This document shows positions 50,058-62,610 of a stretch of DNA of 64,000 bases, piece after piece; position 1 is the stretch's first letter, and every line of letters begins with the position of its first letter. Below the pieces are notes generated by a model. It worked only from the letters and a program-made list of their open reading frames with translations, had not been told where the DNA came from and did not search any database. Both the position numbers and the translations under genes were made by a program. The stretch lies in contig NW_024704742.1 of assembly GCF_018977255.1 (NCBI RefSeq), positions 82,524,001-82,588,000 of the forward strand, written 5' to 3'. Origin of the DNA: Callorhinchus milii (taxonomy: Eukaryota).

Positions 50058-50410
50058 GTGACACTCCAATGCAGTGCTCGCCAAATGCTGCATCATTAGA
50101 GGAGCTGTCCTTTGGAAGAGACGTTAAACCAAGTTCCCATTTGCCTGTTCAGATGGACTTTAAAGTTTCCATGGCATTGCTTAAAAAAGAAAGGAATTTC
50201 TACTAGTATCCTGGCCCACAATCCCTCAATTAAAATTGGTCACTCAGTCCATGGGTGATTGTGGGACATTTCTGCGTCTAAATTGGCTTTCGTTTTCACC
50301 CGTAAAACATATATAGTCACTGCACATTACAGTATATCCTGTGAAGCACTGAGGGATGCCATCCTAACGTGAAAGACATATCAAATGTATGGGTTATTAT
50401 TCTTATTATA
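50058..50410 (+). mobile_element. Old Deu-SINE lacking the head
   Basis: gacactccaatgcagtgctc...gacgttaaacc...ccatggcattg...gtgggacatt. Confidence 0.8.
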
Positions 50411-50908
50411 TGTCTGTACTCCAGCATTAGTCAGTGTCTTCATGGGGGTGGAAAATGATATGAAAAAATAAGCTCAGATTCAGGCAAACTTGGATCGGAG
50501 CAGATTTCTCACAGGTTAATGTGACCAGTATGACATGCTAAGTAAGATATATGAAGTGCAGTGGTGATAGTGATGGTGGGGAGAGGGAGCTCCTTGCATG
50601 AGATGAGATGTACTTTACATCCAGACATACATTTACAGTTTTCCTGTTAAAGCACTTTTTCATCACCAATAACGTCAGAGTGAGCAGATCGTTTGACTTG
50701 ATCTGTAAGCGCTGAACTGGAAAATATATGAAATAATAAAAAAAAAGGCCCCAAGCAAGATTTGAGATTAGAAACATTATTTTTTCACAGACTAGTAGAT
50801 CTGAGGAATAGACTCACAGAAAAAAGCATTTAATGCTGCTGATTTAGCCCTCTGAAATGGCTGGGATGATGGGCTCTGATGAAAGCTAAATATACTGAGA
50901 GTTAAAGG

Positions 50909-51745
50909 TACAACAACAACAATATTACATTTGTATGGCTCCTTTTACGTCGAGAGGATGTCCCAAGGCACTGGATAGCCGACAGCATTTCAGACCTCAG
51001 CTGGGGTCAGGGAGGGAGAAGGGAGGGGAGGGGAAGGGGGGTGACCGATGGTATGGTCGAAGAGAAGGGTTTTGAGGCGGGACTTGAAGGAGCCTAAGGA
51101 GAAGGCAAGGCGGAGTGATTGGGGGATGGAGTTCCAGAGGTTGGGGGCAGAGTGGCTGAAGGCTCTCCCGCCAATGGTGGGTCGGGTGGGTCGGGGGACG
51201 TGGAGCAGGCCAGAGCCGGCTGAGTGGAGGGAACGGGCGGGTTGGTAGGTGGTTAGGAGGTCACAGAGGTAGGGTGGGGCGAGGCCATGGAGGGCTTTGT
51301 AGGTGAGGACCAGGATCTTGAACTGGATCCTCTGAAGGATAGAGAGCCAGTGGAGTCAGGCAAGAGTGGGGGAGATGGGGTCACAGAGTTTGGTGCGGGA
51401 GAGGATACGGGCTGCAGAGTTCTGGATTATCTGCAGCCTGTGGAGGGAGGAGTTGGGAAGGCCGACAAGCAGGGCGTTTGCATAGTCGAAGCTGGAGGTG
51501 ATGAAGGCATGAACAAGAGTTTCAACAGCCTGAGGGGTGAGGTAGTGGCAGAGTCGGGCGATGTTACGGAGGTGAGGGAAGGCAGAGCAGGTCATGGCTT
51601 GGATGTGGGGAAGAAAAGACAGTTGAGTATCAAACAAGATACCTAGGTTCCTGACTGGTTTGGTGAGTTGTAGTGTCCAACCATGGAGGTTGATGTTGCC
51701 AGAACCTGAGGTGCCAGAACCTGATGTGCCAGAGCCTGAGGTGCA
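50909..51745 (-). mobile_element. L2 3' fragment with a triplicated 15-mer at its 5' junction
   Basis: ORF reads FDTQLSFLPHIQAMTCSAFPHLRNIARL...LQIIQNSAARILS; TGCCAGAACCTGAGG-like unit three times at about 51697-51744. Confidence 0.93.
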
Positions 51746-52104
51746 TTCTGCTCTTTAAGTTACATGCCTTCACCACACTTAGGTTGTGCACACGTTTGTT
51801 GGGATGCTCCCTGTACACTACATCCATGTGCTCACCCACACACACCCTGATAAGGCGCACTTGCCGCTTTCAGAAGACGTCCCAATGTGCACTGTTCGCC
51901 TACATGCTTACCGTACATGCATTTTCGGGATGCTCTTTGGTTACATCTCGAGCGCCCTTACGTTTATTTCAGTCGATTTTGGGTGAGCTCGTGGGCTACC
52001 CGGTGGGTGGGCCCTGAACGGTTTGTGCCAGAGCCGAAGTTCAGCTTGTCCCTCAGTATATAGTCCCTGATCCTAGCGTGCGTGAGCCTGAGACAGGCCC
52101 TCAC

Positions 52105-52265
52105 CATCCCCTCGTTCTGCAGAAGGATATTCTGCAGTTTTGCTGCTCTTCACTCAACACATTTCTCCTCAGCATGTTTCCTGGTTGAAAGCTTGTTTCC
52201 AGGAGTCTCTGCCCCACAGCAACTTTTAGATGCATTAGCTGAGCGGTCCTGTTAGTGGAACTATG
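52105..52265 (-). other. Candidate exon (5' UTR/start exon ending in ATG, or a coding exon)
   Basis: Acceptor ctgtttttcttttcgaaAG, donor ATG|GTGAGG, one fully open frame, and a CpG-enriched stretch just downstream (51750-52095). Confidence 0.35.
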
Positions 52266-52424
52266 CTTTCGAAAAGAAAAACAGATGCCCTCTGGCAAAT
52301 GATGCAGAGCTAGACAATCACACAATGGCAAATGTATAGACAATCTGACACAAATTTTATTCCAGTTTACAAAAATACAAGGTCTCCTAATGTACTCACA
52401 TATCAACAACAAGGAAGATGATTT

Positions 52425-52500
52425 CATACACACGCACGTACCACACATACACCACATACACACACACATACACACACTACACATACACCACATACATATA
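52425..52500. repeat. Degenerate (CA)n microsatellite
   Basis: catacacacgcacgtaccacacatacaccacatacacacacacatacacacac. Confidence 0.85.
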
Positions 52501-54841
52501 GTTTTGAAAAAATAGAAATCCCTTTTAAGGTAAGTAAAATTAAGAGGTTTAGAACTGAAGTATATCAAAACTACAAAATGATAGACTGTTGGGCAGTGCT
52601 GTACCATAATACAAGTTACAGAGAGAAAAATGTCAATGTTTCACTGGCTGGACACAGACAAAGTTACGAGCAATTAGATTTATCACATTGTGCAGGAGAG
52701 AGATGAGTGCAGAGTGCAGCTCTACACACGCAGAAGAGCATTGCCCTGAGCCATAATTATATTATACCATCGGCACTTCATGATCTATATAGAGGATTCC
52801 CCTGATAGAAAGAGCTTATTTCACACCTACTACCTGCAAATCTCCTCAGACGGGATAAGCTTGGACTACACGGTTAGCACCGTAGACTTAAGCTTCAGTT
52901 AAAAAACTTAGCACTCATTGCAAATCTACCATGAAATTCAGAACAGCTGGGGAAGAAAACCCAGAAGACACAAAGCAGTTTTATTTTGTCTTTTTTCTTA
53001 TGGAAGGCTTGCATCAGCACAGAGCATCCATTATCCAGCAAGTTGCAATCATCAAACACAAGGGAAATTTATTTCCTTTTCATTGGAGATGCTATAGAGC
53101 ATCCTCTCCATAAAAGATTATCGAGAGACTAACATGGATTAATCCTACAGTGTGTTCCACTGAATACATCACCTTATCAAGAAATATGTCCATGCATGGC
53201 TGCTGGCCCAGTGATGCCCAGAAAGGCTGCTCAGCATAATAGAACATCCCTTTCCCCCATCCCATTGTTTTCCTTTATTCACTTCACTTCGTGGCTGTTT
53301 GTTGGGCATTATTGTGTGTAAATTGACTGCCGCGTTTGTCTGCAAAATACAAACAATCACTGGACTTTACAATATAACCTATAAAGCGCTTTGAAACATC
53401 TCAATAATATCATATAACAAATGCAAGGATTGTTATTATCAATAGCAATAGTAGGCTGAGAACAAAACACTCTCCTCACTTGTGGCCTTTGTTGGCACGT
53501 TGGGATGAGAAAAGGTTGAGATGAAATGGACGATTTTGTGAAATTGATGGCTGCCAACCGACTGCTCAGGACAAATGAGGTAGGCTTGAATTAGCAATGG
53601 CAAATTACACCCCTATGTATGATAAATTTTGCAGAATAATGTGTTGGTGGTAGTGCGCTTAAGGCAGTAATTAAATCTTGGAAACATAGTGTAATGCATT
53701 AACAACTTCACTCTCATGGTTTATGGCATCTTCAGAATCATTCATTTCATTTAGTGCTTTATGGCTCACATCCAGTTGCATATTTTCCTCTCTGCAGATC
53801 AATTACAACCTAATCATCAAATCCAAAAACAAAACAATCTAGCGATAATTGAATTTTTTTTTACAAAATAAACTGCATTTGGAGGCAGAACTGGGCAGGA
53901 CAGCAAAATATAGTAAAGTCAGTAAAGTGCCGCTGAACAGAAAATTAAGTGTGTCCACTCAAAATCTCAGAGCGCATTTGATGTGTATTCCAAAGCCTAG
54001 CAGGTATTTCGGAGAGTTGTCCGTTCACTTTCTCCTTTGATCTCCTCTATCTGACAACTCCAATCTCAAAGAAAGATCATCTTTCAGATGGCTCATAATT
54101 TGATATGTAATGAACTTGTCAGCACTGAAGCTCATAACCTAGTGGAATGGGGATTTCCTATGCAATAAAACCTGAATAGCTACATGGAATTTAGAGTTAG
54201 CAGTAGAGCCCTAATTTATAGCTCCAGCCTCGTTCCAGGTTGTAGTTATCAAGAGGCACTTTCTTACATTTATACAACTGGGAACATTTTGATGTATGAG
54301 AGTTAATGGGATTTTCTCAAACTCGAACTTGATTACTAAAGGCAATGTTTGATAAGGAAGCTGGATGTGTGCATTGAATTGATTTAATGAACTTGTTGAC
54401 CCTCCGCGGTCTCCAATGGCATTCTTGAATCATATCCCAAAATAACACGGAAAAAGGAAACTGAGAGCTAGGAAAAGGTGACAATTGAGTTCAAATTGTG
54501 ACACTGAATGGCAAAGGGTCACTCGTGGCAGTTTGCATATCCGGGAGGCTCAGCCTCAAGACCAGAACAAGCAACTTCAATTGAAACTCAATTTGGGAGA
54601 TGTTTCTCGTGGTCAAAAATCAGAAGTGTGAAAACTCAATTTCTGAATTGAGACTGGATTCAATGCTTAGCCTAAACTCTGCATGATTTTACTCTGAATG
54701 CGTAAGACCAGACCTTGTGGATTTTCGGTGCCTGAATCTTTGCAGTTGTGGAAATGATCCTTGTGGAACACAAACCCAAACCCAGTCCACAGCCTTACTT
54801 TTGAACTCTTTCCATACATTTTGCACATACATGTTGATGAT

Positions 54842-55045
54842 AAATAACAATAATAATAATCCTTGCATTTGATTCAAAGCCAATAATATTTCTGTAAAGT
54901 GGATTTATGGATTGCATATTTTGTAGGTAAATACACAGCCAGTTTGCACACACCAGTGTCTTGAATGTAGCCAGGACACCAAGAACAACTTCCTTCACTC
55001 TTCCAATAGTGTCATGGGATCTTTCCCATCCACCTGAACAGACAG
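54842..55045 (-). mobile_element. Deu-SINE fragment with internal deletion
   Basis: ataatccttgcatttga tail and ccaatagtgtcatgggatcttt. Confidence 0.75.
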
Positions 55046-55792
55046 TTTGTGTTCCTTGTGATGATTTATCAGTATTTAGAGTTCCCTCAGATCCATATAG
55101 AACTGCACTGGTACTTTACAAGCTTTTGATATTATTTTGTTTATCATTTGTATCACCAACAGAAGAGCTTTACAAGATAAATTAGTTATTGCGTTATTTA
55201 TTTTAATGCATCTGAGGAGCAGAGTTATTTTTATACACGAGTGTGATAAATAAAGGCATATAATCAATTAACTTGATGGTATATTCTATCAAGTGCTTTG
55301 AGATGTCTTGAAGATGTAATAAGATGCTATGTAAAATGCAAGAATTATTATTATTTATATTGCCAGCGTTGAACATTGCCGATTATCTGATGTCACTTAC
55401 TTGCAATATAACTTCTCTTTTAAAGAAAAGTTTCCATTTTCTTTGCTTAATCCACAAAAACAAAATAAGAATAATCCTGACATTTGGTAGAGTGCCTTTC
55501 ACATACACTGTAGTGACTATGTTTTGTGCACAAACGTCTCATTTCGACAGAATGCAGTGATGGCTGGCTGTTGGCTGGTGTGGCAAATGGTAATTTCGGG
55601 ATCAAAATCACACTATTCCTAAACATTTAGTTAAGGATTGGCATTAGAATATGCTCTGAAATTCCCTTTGTCATAACTTTTAATTAATGTTGGCGCCAAA
55701 ACTTATTTGAAATGTTGTAAGCGCTGCTATCGTGAATACCATTTTAGTAGGAATCATGTGTGAGCACTAACCTTGCTCTTTATCAACTTATT

Positions 55793-56111
55793 AATAATAA
55801 TAATAATAATCCTTGCATTTGATATAGCGCTTTTTACGTCTTCTCGACATCTCAAAGCGCTTCACAGAATATACTGTAAAGTGAATTGACTGTATATTTG
55901 TGGGCGAACGCGGCAGCTAATTGCGCACAGCAATGTCCCACAATCAGTCGTAGATTGAAAATGACCAATTTATTATTGTTTTGTTTTTGAGGGATTATTA
56001 TTAGGTGTGTGGAGTAAGGAAACTTGCCCAAGGTTTCGCCCTGCCTGGAATTGAACTCAGGTCTCTCGCTTGCAAAGCGAGTGCTTTAACCACTGAGCTA
56101 TAGGACTCCAC
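55793..56111 (-). mobile_element. Young full-length tRNA-headed SINE with a variant tail loop
   Basis: Head and body near-identical to 48576; tail reads gagatgtcgagaagacgtaaaaagcgct. Confidence 0.95.
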
Positions 56112-56898
56112 TGGTCTGTTCTGGTGACACTGGCTGAATTCAATCAGAATTGGACTCGAAGATTTCTTTGAAAGAGAGAATGTTATCTGCAACTGTTTTC
56201 CAACCAGCCTTGAGGGAAGATATTCCATTTCAGTTGAGATTTACTCCATTAACACAGCATTTTGGAACAATCAAAATTTGTCAAAATGATGAATTGAACT
56301 TAAACTTTGAAGTCATTTTTATTTGCAGTTCCCAAAAGAAACTTAGAGTGAACTGGCTTCAAAATTGAGGCTGTATTTTAGAAGGTGTCAAATTCTGGAT
56401 ATTCTAAAATGGTCCAGTAATAGAGTAAATCTAGACACAGGTGGAATTTCTCCCCTCTTGTTCCAATTAGAAAAAAAATCTGAATATCTGAGCAGTCCTA
56501 CACTGACACAGGGACCATAAGAGCAAATATATTGCTTTACTTTTGGCTTATTTTCAGTATCAAACTGAAACTGAGGGGTTGGATGGAGACTGGTTATATA
56601 CATTTATGCAGTTTGATATTCTTCACAAAGATCGTCAATTGAAAACAAATGTGCAGCAGAAAAATAGAACTGAAAATGATCCTTATCCTCTTAGATGTAA
56701 AGGTGAATTGCTAACATTAAGATTTTTTCGTGGGATTTTTCACCGAGCGATGTGGTCAAGTCATTCTATCAATAATCACATCAATTCTTCCGAACAAAAT
56801 ATATATAGCATCCTTCACATAGGATAACGTCTCAGAGCATTCTACAATGGTGGTGTTAGACACTGATCTAGGGGGAAGGAGATGCTGGGTGGGAGGTG

Positions 56899-57880
56899 AC
56901 AATAACAACAACAAAATTACATTTGTAAAGTGCCTTTCACATTGGGAGGACATCCCAAGGCAGAATTACAGATCCAAGCTGGGTGTCGGGGTGGGGGAAG
57001 GGGGAGTGCAGGGGGGGAAATAGGAAGATCGAAAGGACACTCAAAGAGGAAGATATTGAGATGGGTCTTGAAGGTGGCAAGGGAGGGGATGAGATGGAGG
57101 GACTGCAGGATGGAGTTCCAGAGGATGGGTGCAGAGTGGGGCGAGCAAGGCGGGGGACGTGAAGCAGGCCAGAGCCTGCTGAGCGGAGGGAGCGAAGAGG
57201 ATGGTAGGGGGTTAGGAGGTCGCAGAGGTAGGGGGAGCAAGATCTTGGAGGGCTTTGAAGGTGAGGACCAGGATCTTGAACTGTATCCTCTGTGATGGGA
57301 AGCCAGTGGAGTTGGGGGAGGATGGGGGTGATAGGGTCTAGTGTGGGAGAGGACACAGGCTGCAGAGTTCTGGATGATCTGCAGCCTGTGAAGGGAGGAG
57401 TTCTGGAGGCTGATAAGCAGTGAGTTTGCATAGTCGAGCCTCAGTGTAATGAAGGCATGTATGAGGGTTTCGGTGGCCTGCGGTATGAGACAGTGGGGGA
57501 ACCGGGCAACGCTGCAGAGGTGCGGGAAGGCAGAGCGGGTCATGGCACAGAAGTGGGGTAGAAAGGATAGTTGAGGGTCAAACAAGACCCCAAGGTTGTG
57601 GACTGGCTCAGTAAGGTGGAGTGTACAACCATGGATGGTGATGCTGTCAGTGCCTGAGATGTGGAGGCGCTAACGGGAGCCATTCAGGAGAGCCTCGGTC
57701 TTGTTGACATTTAACTGAAGAAAGTTACCTCTCATCCAGGATTGATGTCTGACAGACATTCTGTCAGCACAATAGGGGGAAGATGTCACCTGGAATGATC
57801 CAGATTTCACTGAGGGCAAGAATGTCGATGTGTTCATTGACGATGAGGTCTTGGATGATGAGTGTTTTGCGTGGTCAAAG
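56899..57880 (-). mobile_element. L2 3' fragment, adjoining a short second-subfamily L2 tail at about 56800-56898
   Basis: ORF 56917-57585 reads FDPQLSFLPH...LIHAFITLRLDYANSLL...LQIIQNSAA; (TGT)n tail. Confidence 0.92.
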
Positions 57881-57944
57881 AGAGATTTTAGGGGTCATTT
57901 CACAGAAGATAGAATGGGGATAAGTTTAATAATAAAAAAAAATT

Positions 57945-58125
57945 CGTCATTTTCAATCTACGACTGTTTGTGGGACATTGCTGTGCGCAATTGGCTGCCG
58001 CGTTCGCCCACAAATATACAGTCAATTCACTTTACAGTGTGTTCTGTGAAGCGCTTTGGGACGTCCTCCCGACGTGAAAAGCGCTATATCAAATGCAAGG
58101 ATTATTATTATTATTATTATTATTA
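57945..58125 (+). mobile_element. Young SINE, 5'-truncated
   Basis: Matches the 3' half of 58177-58494; long (TAT)n tail. Confidence 0.93.
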
Positions 58126-58176
58126 AGTGGAAGGATAGAGGCAACAACAACAACCACAGCTTGGATTTAACAACTT

Positions 58177-58494
58177 GTGGAGTCCTGTAGCTCAGTGGTT
58201 AGAGCACTCGCTTTGCAAGCGAAAGACCTGAGTACAAGTCCAGGCAGGGCGAAACCTTGGGCAAGTTTCCTTACTCCACACACCTAATAATAATCCCTCC
58301 AAAACCCAAACGATAATAAATTGGTCATTTTCAATCTACGACTGTTTGTGGGACATTGCTGTGCACAATTGGCTGCCGCGTTCGCCCACAAATATACAGT
58401 CAATTCACTTTACAGTGTGTTCTGTGAAGCGCTTTGGGACGTCCTCCCAACGTGAAAAGCGCTATATCAAATGCAAGGATTATTATTATTATTA
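58177..58494 (+). mobile_element. Young full-length tRNA-headed SINE inserted in the tail of an older antisense Deu-SINE
   Basis: Same family as 6842. The older minus-strand SINE lies at 58143-58176 (tail) and 58495-58750 (body). Confidence 0.95.
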
Positions 58495-59699
58495 TCTCAA
58501 AGCATTTTGCAGGATTTTACTGTGAATAGTGGAATCTGTGTATTTGTAAGCAAATGTAGCAGCCAATTTGCACACAGCAATGCCCCACTCAGGCATGAAA
58601 TTAATGACGGATTTTATCTAGGGCATAGTTGACCAAGACAGCAAGAGAGAGAAACTATATCTCTTTTCAAATTGTGCCATGGGATCTTTAACATCCACCT
58701 GTTCAGGCTCAAGCAGAACCTTGGTTTAATATCTCATCCAAAGGACAGAAACAGGGCGGGAGGGGAAGGGTTCATCGCCATTACATCCAGATCATTCCTT
58801 TGCAAAGTTTAAAATATAAGCAGCATATTCGGTTGGTCCCAGGGTGTCACTCCATTCTGGAATATCCGCTGCTCTTGTAATTGTCCTTTTTCTTAACTTT
58901 GGTGCAGGGATGCCCGGTCCTGAAGTGGTTAAATCACATGGAAAATTCTTTGTCACATTTAAGACTATAAAAGATGGTGAACAATAAAGCAATCTGCTCC
59001 TGCGATTGCGTTCAAGCCCATGTTTATCCCGCTGATAGCTATCATGATGTTATCATCGCGTGCTGAAGTTTTGAACGATCATGTGCTGTGTGTTAAGAAT
59101 TGGATTTGTACGGTGGTTCAGACAGGAAGATAAGGAGGCCTTGTAATTCTAAACCAATCTTAGACCTTGCAAGATCTCAGAACACAACCCCATTGAACTA
59201 TGCTGATGCTGAGTCTGAGTACAGAAGCATTTTTTCACCAATTTCCTATTTGTAAGTCCCTGAACGTTTAAAATATGTTCTTGTGCAACATGATCTCGAT
59301 AACAAGGAGCAGGCTTTCAATTCCTTTCTAAGGAACAAAAAGAGAGGCAGCAATTAGTTTCATTTTCCAGCGTGTTTTATTTTACAAGTGAGTTGATTGA
59401 AGTGTGTGGCTGGCCCGCAGCTGAAACCCTTGAGATGAATACAAACCATTATGTTTCAGGGTATGTATTCTAGGGTCTAAATTGCGAGTTGGGCTAATTA
59501 TGTGCAAATGCATACACATGTTCTTAATTCCGTAAATTAATGAGTTGGAGACTCCAGGCGGATGGGAGAATGGGTTTCTCACGTGTCACTAGGGCACACT
59601 TGCCTTATTGGCAATTTTCACTATTTGAGATTTGGAGACTGCATTAATGACTCTTGTTTCAAATTGCTGCAAATTAAACCCTAGCAAATCATAGATTTA

Positions 59700-60030
59700 C
59701 TTAGATTGTACAACATGGAAACAGGCAATTTGGCCCAACTAGTCCGTGCTGTTGTTTTTACACCATATGAGCCTCCACCCACTCCTTACTTCCTCCCATA
59801 CCCTTTTATTTCCTTTTCCCTTATGCGTGTATCTAGCTTCCTCTTCAAGGTCTATATGATCTACTTCAGCCACTGATATGGGCAGCAAGTTCCACATTCT
59901 TACTACCCTCTGCGTGAAGTATTTGCTCCTAAATTCTTGTTAAGATCCCCGAGATGCAATATTTTCTTGTGTCTCCTGGTTAAATATAATCCCCAACATG
60001 TGGAACAGCCTATTTATGCAAACCTTATCG
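59700..60030 (-). mobile_element. CR1 3' fragment
   Basis: acaacatggaaacaggcaatttggcccaactagtccgtgct...gttccacattcttactaccctctgcgtgaag. Confidence 0.85.
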
Positions 60031-60522
60031 AAATCACAAGTCAATGTCTCCATGTCTTCTCACTATTCATGTTTAGTCACTCAGCAATTGAACAACTGAA
60101 TTGTGTCTGTGATGTAATGTTTGTGTATCTACACCCCTCTGAAAGACAGTTGCCCCATTGATCTGGTCATTTATCATTCAAAGGTGTCTGTTACCTTTGT
60201 GCTGAGTCTACTTACTCAAGTTGTCTAGTCTTGATAGTCTAACATCTCACTCAGCTGAGGTAGATATACCCCTGAGAATCTTAAGGAGTTTCCAATAGGG
60301 ATATCTATACTCTTGGCAGCACAGTAGAATTCTGTCCAGAATGTCCATATCCCTGGCATGTTTACATATGTTTTCACCAGTGAGTATAGTCAGTCATGAG
60401 AAGACATTTGCGGTAGCCTTGCACAACCAATGCTGCAGTCCTTGGATTCTGAGTCAAACCATCATCATATTTATTGAACGCTCCAGGTTCAGACGACTGA
60501 ATTGATCCAAGCATCAGTCCCT

Positions 60523-60523
<1 letters not shown>

Positions 60524-60588
<65 letters not shown>

Positions 60589-60712
60589 CCTTGCATTTGA
60601 TATAGGGCCTTATCACATCATCAAGATGTCTCAAAGCGCTTTACAGAATATACTGTAAAGTGAATTGACTGTATATTTTTGTAGGCGAAACTCCGACAGC
60701 CAGTTGCGCCCA
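60524..60712 (-). mobile_element. SINE 3' fragment with an expanded pure (TAT)n tail of about 21 units
   Basis: Uninterrupted TAA run at 60524-60588 followed by ccttgcatttgatatagg... Confidence 0.9.
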
Positions 60713-61239
60713 GAGTATGTAATGTGACGCCACTTCGGCAGTGCAGTCTCAGAGCAGGGCTCGTGCACACATTTTGAGACACAAATTGAGACAAAAGTGC
60801 AGTTTCAAACGAGGGTAATTTAATTGTTCCTCATCTTGGAGCCAATCCTCTCTGTAGAGTTCAGCAGACTCCAGTTGCACGTCTCCACTATACACAGTTT
60901 GGCGGCATGCTTCCCGTCCAGCACTCACCCAACTCAAGTTACAGCAGCTGCAACCCCATCAAGGTGAAGGTTAAACATTGCAGACTCTTTATCAACAGCC
61001 TTATGAGTAAATGAAACAATCCTTTTTGCATCAACTTGTGATAACTGTACTTGTGTATATACAGCAATTACTTGTATTTATATGGCACCCTTCACATGGG
61101 GTAGCATTGTGGAGCACTTAAATATAGATAATTCATAACACTATTACACATAACAACTAGAAATTACAGATAAAGATATGATTCCATTGCTAGTATAGGA
61201 ACATAATATTTGAACTATCAATTTAGCTGATCAGCATAC

Positions 61240-61540
61240 AAACATAGAAATTTACAGCACAGAAGAAGGCTTTCCAGCCCACGGTGTCTCTGCTGGCTTT
61301 TTGAAAGAACAATCACCTTTTCTACTTTTTTCTGAATAATGCCATTAATTACCTCTCTTTAGATATTTATCTGATTCCCTCCTGAAAGCTAATCTTGATC
61401 TTGCCTCGACCACTACACCTGGGAGGGCATTCCACATCCCAGCCATATCCTCCTAATCCCCCCCTTTACTAACTAACTTAAATTGTTGCCCTCCAGTCAT
61501 CAACTCACCAAACAGTAGAAATCATTTCTCTTGAATGACT
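61240..61540 (-). mobile_element. CR1 3' fragment
   Basis: catagaaatttacagcacagaagaaggc...gggagggcattccacatcc. Confidence 0.8.
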
Positions 61541-62099
61541 ATCGAAACAAAGAACAACGAGTAGTAGAATATGACATCTCCCAAGTAGCATACCATAGCA
61601 ACTCCCCAGATCTAAATGCATCTCTGGCCTGTGCCAGATACTGTCACTTTAGTAGAAGAAAGGAACATTAAAAAGGAACATTAACAAAACAGTGTATTTT
61701 CTAATGAAGGTGCTGATATTTCTCAAATCATTCATGGTGTAAAATCATACTGCCTCATGTTGTGCAGCTGGGTACAATCCACCTCACACTGTATTAATCT
61801 GTTGTCTTGCAACCAACACAAAACTGTCGGATACAGAAATAATTTAATTATGGTGACTGAAACAGTCAAACAAAATAATAGGCTGGCATTTCCCTGTGTG
61901 TTTTCTTGCATAAATAGAGTACTTCCTTGGGAAAGAAAAACATGATTTTTTATAGCACTTTATCACATCAAAGCGTCTCAAAGAGCCTCACGGGCAATTA
62001 CTATTATGTGTAGTGACTTTTCATAGGCAAATGTGGCAGCCGTTTATCCACAGCTAAGTGTCACCAACAGAATGTCCAACTTGCAATGAGTTCCAAAAA

Positions 62100-62610
62100 A
62101 TGTACCGCATGGAAACAGGCCACTCGACCCAATTAGTCCATGACGGTATTTATACTCCACACGAGTCTTCACCCATTCTTTATTCCCTCCCGTACTCTTC
62201 TATTCCCCTCTTCTTCATGTGAAGGTCTAGTTTCTTCTTAAATGCACCTATATTATCTGATTCTACCACTGCTTCAGGAGATGAGTTCTTATTCTCACTA
62301 CCTTTTGCATTAAGTAGTTCCTCCTTAATTATTTTTTAGATCCCCTAGTCACTATCTTATACTTGTGTTCCCTAGTTACAGAACTAGTCAAAACAGCTGA
62401 CTTATGGTAATCTTATTAAAACCTTTTATAAATTCACCTCCATTAGGTCCCCTTTTAAACGTCACCTTTCTAACAAAAAAAAGTCTAACCTGTCCAGTCT
62501 ATCCTGACAGCAGTAATCTGTTAGCCTTGGTATCATTGTAATAAACCTATACTGTACTCTTTCCATCATTGCTATATTGTGCTTTCTATCTGGAGAATTG
62601 TTGGCCTTAT
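62100..62610 (-). mobile_element. CR1 3' fragment
   Basis: gcatggaaacaggccactcgacccaattagtccatg...attaggtcccctttt...tctaacctgtccagtctatcc. Confidence 0.82.

Noticed and set aside
52105..52265. Selenocysteine codon formed by TG|A if 52105 spliced directly to 43298
   Set aside because: No SECIS element identified, and simpler exon arrangements explain the phases.
58792..58992. Protein-like minus ORF ending ...PEWSDTLGPTEYAAYILNFAKE*
   Set aside because: It has a plausible acceptor but stops before any good donor, cannot be linked to the other candidate exons, and has no recognisable motif.
60374..60634. Poly-tyrosine ORF and the repeated MWDIAVRNWLPRSPTNIQSIHF ORFs
   Set aside because: Translations of the SINE body and (TAT)n tail.
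60929..61000. Exon-like unit with donor TGG|GTGAGT; similar units at about 46787-46904 and 40770-40842
   Set aside because: Stop codons in all frames; at most non-coding exons, and unsupported without transcript data.
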